Program-made: the position numbers and the translations under genes
In this document: piece by piece, positions 40,557 to 51,114 of the stretch
Layout: each line of letters opens with the position of its first letter
Position numbering within the stretch: position 1 is the stretch's first letter
The notes under the pieces: model-generated
The model's database searches: none
What the model was told of the DNA's origin: nothing
Seen by the model: the letters and a program-made list of their open reading frames with translations, nothing else
Source: Vicugna vicugna
Taxonomy: Eukaryota
DNA length: 64,000 nucleotides
Direction of reading: 5' to 3'
Assembly: GCA_013265495.1 (NCBI GenBank)
Contig: MU057989.1
Span: 1,629,513-1,693,512, forward strand

Positions 40557-41774
40557 GAACCATCTACTAAGCCTGATAAAAAGGTTTCCGTCCCATCAGG
40601 CCAGATTGGCAGCCCCCTTGCTTTGCCTTCAGAACACCTGGGAGGAGGCCTGAGTACTGGAGCTGCGAACAGGGAGCTCTCGTCCCAGGCGTCTGGCAGC
40701 CTTGCTAATCCTGCTCCTATCAACCTGGAGGATTCGTTGGATGGAGACTTGATCCGTAATTCAGCCTCATCGCTAGAGGCTGTGTCCAAGGAACTGGCTG
40801 CACTGAATAGCAGAGCCAGCGGGAGCTCTGAGTTCACACTGCCCGCACCCTCGAAAGCGCCTGCAGAGAAAGTTGCAGGTGTTTTATGTACGGAAGAAAA
40901 AAGGAACTTTCCGAAGCCCAGCCCTTCTGCCCCACCACCCTCTAGCTCCTTGCAGTCACCCCTCAATTTTCTGGCTGAACAGGCTCTGGCACTGGGGCAG
41001 TCCTCTCAGGAGAAAAAATCAGAGAGTTCTGGCTACAAAGAGCTGTCCTGTCAGGGTCCCCTTAGCAAAGGCCTGTCAGAAGTGCACCCATCCAAAACCA
41101 AGCACCACGGTTTGCCACGGACGTCTCACGCAGCCCAGGCGGTAGCTCCCGTGCCTGGCTCCCAGGTCAAAGTCTTTCATGCAGGCACTCAGCAGAAGAG
41201 CTTCACCCCCGCAACACCATTTGTCGGTAAGCTCCAGGGCCCAAAGCCTGCCTCCCCTCAGTGTCACCGGTCCCTCCTCCAGCTTGTCAAGACAGCTACC
41301 AAAGGCCAGAGCTTCCATCCCTCCACACCGGCCTGCTCAGGAGGAACGCCAGCCTCCAGCAGCAGTTCTCACAAGACGCCAGTTTCGTCCTCCGCTGCCC
41401 TGAGCCATCCAGCAAAACAGCACCCAGCCAGCTCTTCAGGGCCGTCTTACAAGAACAGTCCCTTTGCTGGCTCTCTCTCCAAACATGGGGTTTCCTCTGG
41501 CAGCTCTTCCTCCGGAGGAACACCGGTCCAGAGCTCTACATCCGGGAACCTGCTCCCTGGGGTGCAGCCTTCCTCCACAGGGCAGCCCACCAGCCGACCC
41601 GCCACAGGCTCTGGAGTGAAAAAAACGCCTGCTTCCCAGAAGCTGACCCTGGTGGCCCCTCCCGGTGGTCCAAATGGAGATTCTAGCGGTGGGACCCAGG
41701 GGGTGGCAAAGTTACTGACCTCCTCCCTGAAGCCCAGTGCAGTTAGCAGCGTGACATCGTCTACCTCCTTGCCA
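40557..41774 (+). CDS. UBN1: UBN1 exon 15, large Ser/Pro-rich exon
   Basis: 1218 nt, same frame as ORF 40623..41801; ttag/gtgagt. Confidence 0.96.
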
Positions 41775-42617
41775 GTGAGTACCACACAGCCCAGCCCCTA
41801 GGGGCCCTGAGGACAGGCAGGGCTGCTTGCCTTGCCCTGGTCAGAGAGTGAGGTCTGACACTGGCGGTCAGGTAGGAACAGAGCTTGGAAATCGGGAGGA
41901 GAACTGGGCTTCCTGTTTTCAAGTCTTTACTGTTCTGGTGGCAGGAATCCCAGGAGAGCCCCAAACGTCTCCTTAGGACAAGCGGAGGGAAAGGACTAGT
42001 CAGCACCGTGTTTGCAGGGAGGCTGTGGGTGTGGGTGATGTAGAAAGAGCCAGGAAGCTTTCCTTCCGTAGCCTTCTACCTGTCCATCTCTCCAAGCAAC
42101 TAAGTGACATTAACACTGTGTCTCCGACCACTAGTTCTGTGGAGATGTTCCTGCCCCAGGAAGATCAGTACCTTCTAAGAGTGATTGTTTTGATTGGGTT
42201 TGGAAAGACGCTGCAGGTCAGACACAGGTGATTTGACGGAGTCCAGTGGTTAATGAGGCTTGCCTGTGGGTAATTATAAGAAGTCTGGATGCAGTTGGGG
42301 AAATGAGAGATTTTTTTTCTCTATTTTTCCAACATATAAGACAACTATGTGGTTGCAAAGGACAAAACTATAGAAAGGTATGTTCAGCAAGGGTTCATTT
42401 GTCTCTGCCCTGTTCCTGCAGCCCCTGTAACTGCATTCCTTAGTTTCCAGGTTTTTTCCCTATTTCTTTCTTAAAACAAAGATTAATACATACAAATGTA
42501 TGTGTATGTTTTATGTATATTAGTGCATACATTCACATATTACCTGTATTTGTGGGTGTCTGTATATGATATTCTTCCCTTTCTTGCACAAAGGAGGCAC
42601 ATTCAATACCTGCTTTT

Positions 42618-45292
42618 CATTTTTTATTTTTTTTAATTTATTTTAATTGAAGTATAGTTGATTTACAATGTTGTGTTTCTGGTGTAGAGCATAGTGATTC
42701 AGTTATAGAGATAGATAGATAGATAGTCTTAATTTTTTTCATTATAGATTACAAGATATTGAATATAGTTCCATCTGCTATACAGTAGGAACTTGTTTAT
42801 TTTATATATAGCAGTTTGTATCTGCCAATCCCAGACTCTTAATTTATCCCTCCCACCCCCTTCTGCTTTGGTAACCACAAGTTTGTTTTCTATGTCTGTG
42901 AGTCTGTTTCTGTTTTGTAAATAAGTTCATTTCTATCATTTTTTTAGATTCCTCATATCAGTGATATATGGTATTTGTCTTTCTCCTTCTGACTTCAAAT
43001 GATAATCTCTAGGTCCATCCATGTTGCTGCAAATGGCAGTATTTCATTCTTTTTATGAGTAGTATTCTATTGTATAAATATACCACAACATCTTTATCCA
43101 GTCATCTGTTCATGGACATTTAGGCTGCTTCCACATCTTGGCTATTGTAAATGGTGCTGCTTTGAACACTTGGGTGCATATATCTTTTTGAGTTAGAGTT
43201 TTTTTCTGGATATTTGCCCAGGATTAGGATTGCTGGATCATATAGTAACTCTTGTTTTTAGTTATTTAAGGAGTCACCGTACTGTTTGCCATAGTGGCTG
43301 CACCAAATTACATTCCCACCAACAGTGTAGGAGGGTTCCCTTTTCCCCACACCTCCAGCGTTTATCCTTTGTGGACTTTTTAACGATGCCAATTCTGACC
43401 AATGTGAGGTGATACCTCATTGTAGTTTTAATTTGCATTTCTCTAATAATTAGCACTATTGAACATCTTTTCATGTGCCTGTTAGCCATCTGTGGGTCTT
43501 CACTGGAGAAATGTCTAGATCTTCTACCCATTTTTTGATTGGATTGTTTATTTTTTGTGTTGAGTTATATGAGCTGTTTGTATGTTCTGGAAGTTAAGTC
43601 CTTGTCAGTTGAATCATTTGAAAATATTTACTCCCAGTCCGTAGGTTGTCTTTTCATTTCATTCATAGTTTCCTTTGCTGTGCAAAAGCTTGTAAGTTTA
43701 ATTAGGTCCCATTTGTTTATTTTTGTTTTTATTTTTGTTGCTTTGGTTTGTTTGCTAGTATTTGTATCAGAGAATGTTTTTCCCATGTTCTCTTCTAGGA
43801 GGTTTATGGTGTGCTGTCTTATGTTTAAGTCTTTAAGCTATTTTGAGTTTATTTTTGTGTATGGTGGGAGGGAGTGTTCTAACTTCATTGATGTACATAC
43901 AGCCGTCCAGCTTTCCCAGCACAACTTGATGAAGAGACTGTCTTTCTTCATTGTATATTCTTGCCTCCTTTGTCGAAGATTAATTGACCATAGGTGTGTG
44001 GGTTTATTTCTGGGCTCTCCATTCTGTTCCACTGACCCATGTGTCCGTTTTTGTGCCAATACCCCACTGTTTTGATTACTGTCGTTCTGTAGTATTGTTT
44101 GAAGTTTGTGAGGGTTATGCCTCCGGTTTCGTTCTTTTTCTTCCGTATTGCTTTGGCAATTCTGGATCTTTGGTGATTCCATGTAAATTTCAGGATTGGG
44201 GACTGGGTATAGCTCAGTGGTAGAGTCCATGCTTAGCATGCCTGAGGTCCTGGGTCCAATCCTTAACACCTCCATTTGAAAAAAAAATTTTTTTTAGAAT
44301 TATTTGTTCTAGTTCTGTGAAAAATGTCCTGGATAATTTGATAGGGATTGTATTAAATCTGTAGATTGCTGTGGGTGGTACGGCCACTCTGACAACATTG
44401 ATTCTTCCTATCCAAGAGCATGGGATATTTTTTCCATTTCTTTAAGTCATGTTTAATTTCCTTTATCAGTGTTTTATAGTTCTCAGCCTATAAGTCTTTC
44501 ACCTCCTTGATCAGGTTTATTCCTAAGTATTTTTTTTTGATAAAATTTTTAAAAGGGATTTTTTTTTTTACTTTCCTTTTTTGGTATTTCACTGTTAGTG
44601 TAAAGAAATGCAACAGATTTCTGTATGTTAATCTTGCATCCTGCTACCCTGCTGAATTTGTTTATCAGCTTTAGTAGTTTTTGTATGGAATCTTTGGGGC
44701 TTTCTGTATATAGTGTCATGTCATTCTGCATATAGTGACAGTTTTACCTCTTCCCTTCTATTTGGATCCCTTTTAGTTCTTTTTCTTGTTTGATTGCTGT
44801 GGCCAAGACCTGCAGTACTATGTTGAATAGCAGTGGTGAGAGTGGGCATCGCTGTCCTGTTCCAGATTTTAGTGGGAAGGCTTTCAACTTGACACCATTG
44901 AGTATTATGTTGGCTGTCGGTTTGTCATAAACAGCTTTTATTATATTGAGGTATGTTCCCTCTGTGCCCACTTTGTAAGAGGTTGTTTTTTTTTAATCAT
45001 GAATGGATATTGAATTTTGTCAAAAGCTTTTTCTGCGTCTATTGAGATGTCATACGGTTCTTGTCCTTCCTCTTGTGGATGTGGTGTATCGTTTTGACTG
45101 ATTTGCATGTGCTGAACCATCCTTGTGTCCCTGGGATGAACCCCACTTGATTGTAGTGTATGAACTTTTTTTAATGTGTTGAATTCTGTTTGCTGATACT
45201 TTGTTGAGAAATTTTGCATCTATATTCATCAAAGAAACTGGGCTGCAGTTTTCTTTCTTTTTTTTGTCTTGATAGTGTCTTGTCTGGTTTTG
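42618..45292 (-). mobile_element. 5'-truncated LINE-1 (about 2.7 kb, RT region to poly-A) with 13-bp TSD
   Basis: ORF2 remnants ([32 protein letters not shown]); TSD AATACCTGCTTTT at 42605-42617 and 45293-45305. Confidence 0.93.
44198..44290 (+). mobile_element. tRNA-derived SINE (camelid Vic-1-like) nested in L1
   Basis: A box TAGCTCAGTGG, degenerate B box GGTCCAATCC, A tail; interrupts the L1 sequence. Confidence 0.8.
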
Positions 45293-45522
45293 AATACCTG
45301 CTTTTTAAAATGAACTCTGTGCTGGGAGCTGTTCTGTGCCAATTTACAGAGCCTGCCCTCCTCTGGGGCTGCAGTGGAGGGGATGCCTTCAGAAGGGGCA
45401 GCTGATGTAGCCATGGGCGTGTTCCCTGACCCGTCCCACCCCCCGTCAGTTACCAGGTTTGGTCTGTGAGTGAGCTGTGGGCAGGGCTGCAGTTCTGACC
45501 CCTGTGTGTGCTTCTTCCCCAG

Positions 45523-45766
45523 AAAGGAACGAGTGGGGCTGTGCTGCTGACCAGCTCCTCACCCTTAAATCTGCTGTCTTCGTCCTACAAGGCAGGCAGC
45601 CCAAAGCTGCCCGGGACCTTGAACTCGAACCCCCTGGGGATTATCTCCCAGCTTCCCCTCCACGTATTCTCCTTTAGCGCCGACTCCCCTGCCAAGGCAG
45701 GGGTCTCCAAGGATGCCATCGTCACAGGCCCTGCACCCGGGACGTTCCACCACGGCCTCAGCCACA
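45523..45766 (+). CDS. UBN1: UBN1 exon 16
   Basis: 244 nt within ORF 45508..45882; ccag/gtaagt. Confidence 0.94.
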
Positions 45767-46039
45767 GTAAGTGTGTCTCCTTCCTCCCTCACGCTGGAGG
45801 TATGCCAGGTGCCCCAGTGCCTCTGTGTGACCCACGAGTCCTGTTGTCACGTGCTGGGTTCCTATATCTGTCTGGTGTGTGACCATGGGCAGCCTTCCCA
45901 GGGACTGTACTGAGCCCCCTTGGAATTTCCACCCAGAACTGTTCCAGTATGTTGTCTGGGGCTCAGCGCCCAGGCTGCTCTCCTCCTTGTCCTCAGTGTG
46001 TGCGCTTTGTCCTTCTCTCCCTCCTCTGTTTTCTCTCAG

Positions 46040-46129
46040 GTCTCCTGGCTGGCTTGCACTCCAGCCCGCCCCGCGCAGCGCCTGTCCCACACCCCGCCGT
46101 GTCCACTCACATCCCGCAGAGCCTGCCAG
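46040..46129 (+). CDS. UBN1: UBN1 exon 17 ([14 protein letters not shown]...QSLP)
   Basis: 90 nt, tcag/gtaat. Confidence 0.92.
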
Positions 46130-48009
46130 GTAATTCCCAGGTGGTCGGTGCCACGCGCACGATGGGCCGTGCCCCTCCCCCAGCAGAGGTCTTGTCTGCT
46201 GCCAAGGATTTCGATGTCTGCACCTTGTCATCACCGTGTTGTCTTGGTTTGTCCTCTGAGGCTCTGGCTCTGTGGGTACTCAGAATGACACAGGCTCCTA
46301 CAGCTTTTGACATTTTCCAGGCCTGCCCTACCCAGTGTGATCACAGAGGATGTCGTGGTGGCCTGTGTGCAAGGCTAAGGAGTTCCCACCCCTTAGCTCA
46401 GCCTTTCCTCTTCATTTAGCAGGACTAGAAGGGTCATGGTGCTGATTGCCCAAGGGCTCGCTGGGGCACTGCAGGCCTTTCAGTTCTCACGGCTTCCCCT
46501 GCCAGCTAACAGCAGACTCTCTCAGCTTAGTTAAAGTTAAAGGGAAAGTCCACGTAGCAGCGACAGGTGACAGTGGCTTCAGGACGGACCCTTACCTCTG
46601 ATGTCAGCGTGTATCCACGAGAGGAGATGCTTTCAGTTCAGTCCAGACGTGAACGCAGAGATGTGGGACATGACTGGACTGAGGCAGCGTTCCCATTCTT
46701 CCCTTGCCTCTCCTCCCCATAGAACAGTGATGCCAGAAAGGGCACTCTGCAAGCCCTGGGTTTACAGCTGTGAGAAGAGGGTTCAGACGCCCTGGGCCAG
46801 CACCTGTGTGGTGAGCAGTTGGCCTCACTCTGTCCTGGGAGCGAGGCTTCTTGGCTCCTAGGCCCGCTTAAGGCAGTGCTGCTGTGCGCCCTCATAGGAT
46901 CTTGGTTTAGCCCGCTGCTCTTCTTACTTCTCTCAACCTGCTCCAGAAACGAGCAGGGGCTGTACTGGTCAGGGGAGAGCCAGTCTTCGGGAAGCTGAGT
47001 CTGGGGTAGCCCTGGTGGCCTGGGACCGTGGGCAGCTGCCCAGCTGGGTGTGCCGCACCGAGAGCTTTGGCCCCGTGTCCTGAGGCTCATGTGTTTGTAG
47101 TGAACGCCAGAGGCCATCTGGGTGCAAGAATGGTTCATAAATCCCCAAGGTAGAATTGTTGCTTCTTCAGAGAAAGAAACTGGGAGGCTGAGCCAGTATC
47201 AGCAATCACTCCCTTTTCCTCTGGAGAAGCGTCAGGTACAGGGGCTGACTCCACAAGCTGGTGGTCACAGCTCTCGCCATTCAGGCAGGAGCTGTGGCTT
47301 TTGAAAGAGATTGCCCCGCTTCTGTTTCCTTTCGGGGACACTCTTTCAAACAGAAAATTATCAAAGAGCCATTTGGAAACATGACCACTGGTCTGTGGCA
47401 TCTTTACCAGAAAAGGGAAAAGCATTTTCTTGTAGCATTTCCTTCCTGGTTTTCCTGTGAATATTAAAAAGCCGTCAGAAAAGCATCCGTGCTGAAATGG
47501 GCTATTTGAATGTCTCTCCCTGCGACGTTCCTCACGTTGCAGGAGTACCTGGATGTAAAGAAAAGCTGTCTGCTCCACCCAGCTGTGACTGGTGTCTGCT
47601 TCGCCTTCTTTCCTGTGTGGACTCAGAATGCCTGTGCTTCTGAGCTAGTGCTTAGAGGACCTGAGGGTCTTCTGTTGGCGTGGGCACTCAGGGTGCTCCT
47701 CAGGCCTCCCCACCGAGTCTGCCCGCCACGGGTCGGCGGCCGTAGCTGAGAATGCGGCCTGGTGCGCAGCAGAGCTGCGGCCCCGTGACCGGGGTACCCC
47801 GCCAGTCATCACCCCTGCGGTGGCCGCACACGCAGGTACGCAGGAGCAGCGAGCTCAGGTAGCCGGGCGGCATTGGAGCCTTAGAACACTCAGTGTTCAG
47901 GGGCTGCTGCTATTTAAGAAGTCATCTCCTTGAGGTTTGGTTACTGCTGCCTTCGGGGAGTCACAGCTCCTGAAAGACTTGTGTTCTGTTTTTGCCTACT
48001 CTTTTCCAG

Positions 48010-48059
48010 ATGCTTCTCAGCTTCATGGGAAAGGGCCCAGTGTACCCCGGAAGTTGTGA
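48010..48059 (+). CDS. UBN1: UBN1 last coding exon (ASQLHGKGPSVPRKL-stop)
   Basis: ccag acceptor; TGA at 48057-48059; total spliced CDS 3399 nt. Confidence 0.93.
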
Positions 48060-50123
48060 CTTTCGGAGGAGAGGCTAGAAGCTGAACAAGGAGGTCTCGG
48101 AAGCCGGATAATGACTATGCTCCTTCTGCCATTGGTTGTCTCCCGGAGAGGGCGTGAGCGCTTAGTGCAGCGTCTCTGGGCACATGTGATGTGCCTTCAG
48201 TGTGGGGAGCAGCCCCGTGCTTCTCTGGAGGCCCTGAGCGGCCTGGTGCTCCGGGCCTTGTGGCTCTGCTGCGGACAATCGTTGTGGGGGCAGCGCTAGC
48301 CTGGGGGCGCGCTAGGTCGTGTTCGGAGCTCTAGTGCCAGGCAGGGCGGGGGTGCACCTGTGCTTCAGATCCGCCCGACCCCTCGCATTCGGTCAGAGTA
48401 CCTCATGGTGCCCTACTGGTCAGGGGCTCCTTCTGGCTGCCGTGGGGTCCCTGGATGGTTGTGGTGCCCCTCCACCCTCAGGCTGTGTGCCCAACAGGAC
48501 CAGGCCGGCCAACGCCGCAGCTGGGAGACTTTCCTTGTTCTCTGAAGAGCACTCCGAACACCCGACCCCTGCACTGTGGGGGCCAGTCTCTCCACTGAAC
48601 GTGACCGTGAAGCTCTTTTAGAGAAAAGGCCTTTGTAGATTCAGCAACTGTGGTAGGGTTTTTAAAAGACACTTATTTTTGGCTCAGTTTTCATCCTTAC
48701 CATTAAATGCATTGGATAGAACGGGACTATTCTTCGCACGTCATGTTGTTCCTAGGAAGACATAATTCCAGTGCCTTTATGGTGGAGCAGAATCAGACAC
48801 ACATCCATTCAGCTCTGAGTGGATCTCAGATGAAGACCTTTTTTAAAGATACGGCTGTACTTAAGACATAGCCAGTTTTATTTAATTGGGTTTTTTATGG
48901 TTGCACATCATAATCTGTGCCATCCTGACTTGAAGGTCATCTGGGCCCCAAATCCCAGGTCCCAGTTCAGCCAAGGCCCCGTTGGTTTCTCCACAATTCA
49001 TGCAGGCAGACCACAGAGCCTCAAGGCCCTTCTTCATCTCTTTGAGGGCCGAGGATGCGAGGGGTTCCAAGTCGCAGGTAGACATTCCAGTTTATTTAGA
49101 AACCATTCTCAGGCGGAGCTGCAGGAACAGGCCTCTGTGAAGCGTCTGCTGTGTAGAAACAGGCCTCGAGGTCCTGGCTTTCCAGGCAGCAGGGCTGTGC
49201 ATTGACTTAAGGGTGACGTGCTGATGAGCTTGAGAGGACGTCAGAGACAGACTAGGACGGTGACCCGGAGCTCAAGTCGTCACGCTGTTCTCACTCAGCC
49301 AGTGGCTGCTTCACTAGGATTTTTAGGGCACTTGCCTGTCCTGTGAAGTCTGAACTGACTGCTGCAGCTGAGTGATTTCAAGTATGTTGAGAGTAAACAG
49401 CCTCGTCAGAATGTACGCCTGTGTGTGGAGACACAGGCAGCTCTTTTGGTTCCTGACTCCCAGGGTACAGCGCTCAGTAACTCATGATTGACGCGGGGGT
49501 TGCCCAGTTTCCAGGGGAGCAAGACGTCTGCCAGCTAGTCGGCCAGGCCTCTGCTCTAACTTCTTTTTTACATAAGAACCAACACGTGTTCACATTGGGC
49601 TAAGTGGATTCCTTATCCCTTTATTACATATATTTTTTGCAACTTGGGTTTCCAGTTTGTTTACAGAATAGTCTTAGGTAGTAGCAAAAGAGCCAAAGAA
49701 GAGATTTGTATCGCTGAGCTCAGAGCCGCGCAGAGGCCGTCCGTGCAGGCTGAGCCGTGGGAGCCCCCGCGCCCTCCCCTGCCGTGCCCCTCCTCCCGGG
49801 TGCCACTGAGCGTGCCGCTGGAGCAGGACACCCTCCTCCTTAGGAATCTAGTGATGCCTCTTGCCTCAGGGAAACGTTTCTTTGATGGGGAGTTTATGAG
49901 GTTTCTTTTCCTTGTTGATGCTTTATTTGTGGTAACGAAAGAGTGAATGACTTAAAAAGCCATGGCAAGGCAGGTCCGCGGGCAGAGCGGGCTCGCGGCC
50001 ACGGCGCTGCAGGGCTTTCCTTGCCGGGGCATTTCTTGGATGTGAGAGGGCTGTGGCTTTTGTGCAGCAACTATGTTGGTGTTGGGGCGGTGTGGAAATT
50101 GTTAATCTTGTATAAAGCAACTC

Positions 50124-50129
50124 AATAAA
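50124..50129 (+). terminator. UBN1: UBN1 polyadenylation signal AATAAA (3' UTR about 2.1 kb)
   Basis: AATAAA preceded by TGTA and followed by T-rich sequence. Confidence 0.75.
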
Positions 50130-50323
50130 TTGTTTCAAGATTTCCAAAACATCGTCTCTCATTCATTCCTTTTTACCATATTTGCAGGCAGTTCTTCCTC
50201 CCTTAGGAGCTGGTATGTGGGGTGCATCCATTTTGGCTGAAAGCCAGGAGGGGTTTGGGGAATAAGCCTCACATGCAAAAGAGGCAGAAACACAACATGA
50301 AATTAGAATCAAGCCACCAGGTG

Positions 50324-50329
50324 TTTATT
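50324..50329 (-). terminator. PPL: PPL polyadenylation signal AATAAA
   Basis: TTTATT on the plus strand about 0.8 kb past the PPL stop; GT/T-rich downstream element on the minus strand. Confidence 0.75.
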
Positions 50330-51114
50330 TTCGCACTATAAATAGTTCCCTATTGCTTGCCATTTTCTTACATAATACATGAGATATAGAGAGCCCAAAA
50401 TTCATTTGATGAAAAATCGAGTGTGGAGTCTACCAAACGCCAGTGAGATAGTAAGCAGGACTTAGGCACCAAAGCTAAGACTAACAACAACACAGCCCAC
50501 TAGGAGAGTAATTTCAGAACCACGGACAGTCTTCTGATGGCGCGTTTTCTTGGGACAGTCTGGCTTGATGGTTAGGCTTCACCCGAGCACCAGGTCCACA
50601 CACCGTAGAGCCAAGATCTGTCTCACCTGGAGGCCTCGGGTGGAAAAGTCAGCGCAGCCAGCATCCCAGAGGGGCGTGCACACAGGTTGGCAGCCCTGGG
50701 GGCCAGCGCTGCTGAAGGGAAAGGTGTGGAGGGGAGGCCTGTCTGCCCTCAAGTTTCCCCCGCTGGGCGCGAAGGCCAGTGCTGCATGGGGCGGGCCTGT
50801 CTGCCCCTGTTGTCTTGTGCTTTTGTAGTTTTCAGTCGCTTCCAGGTGTCACAGAGTCTGCTGATGGGAGTGTGTGGGAAAAGGGAGAAAAGAGATGGGC
50901 ACCACGGGTTTGAATCATCAGAGGAAGCAGGTCACTCACCGGGTCAGATGATGGTTTGGCCCTTGTGAGCTGTGCTCTGAGCAGCTTGACGGCTGGGTGG
51001 GGGTGGGGGGATGTGCTGGGCTCTGCATGGGGCCAGGGAGAGGAGACACCAAGGAGGTTGCTGGGCAGGAGAGAGACGGCGTCTGCTTCCAGGAAGCTGA
51101 GGGCAGGGCCGTGC

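Noticed and set aside
43230..45232. ORFs with reverse-transcriptase-like motifs
   Set aside because: Fragmented ORF2 of a truncated L1 with stops and frameshifts; not an active or domesticated gene
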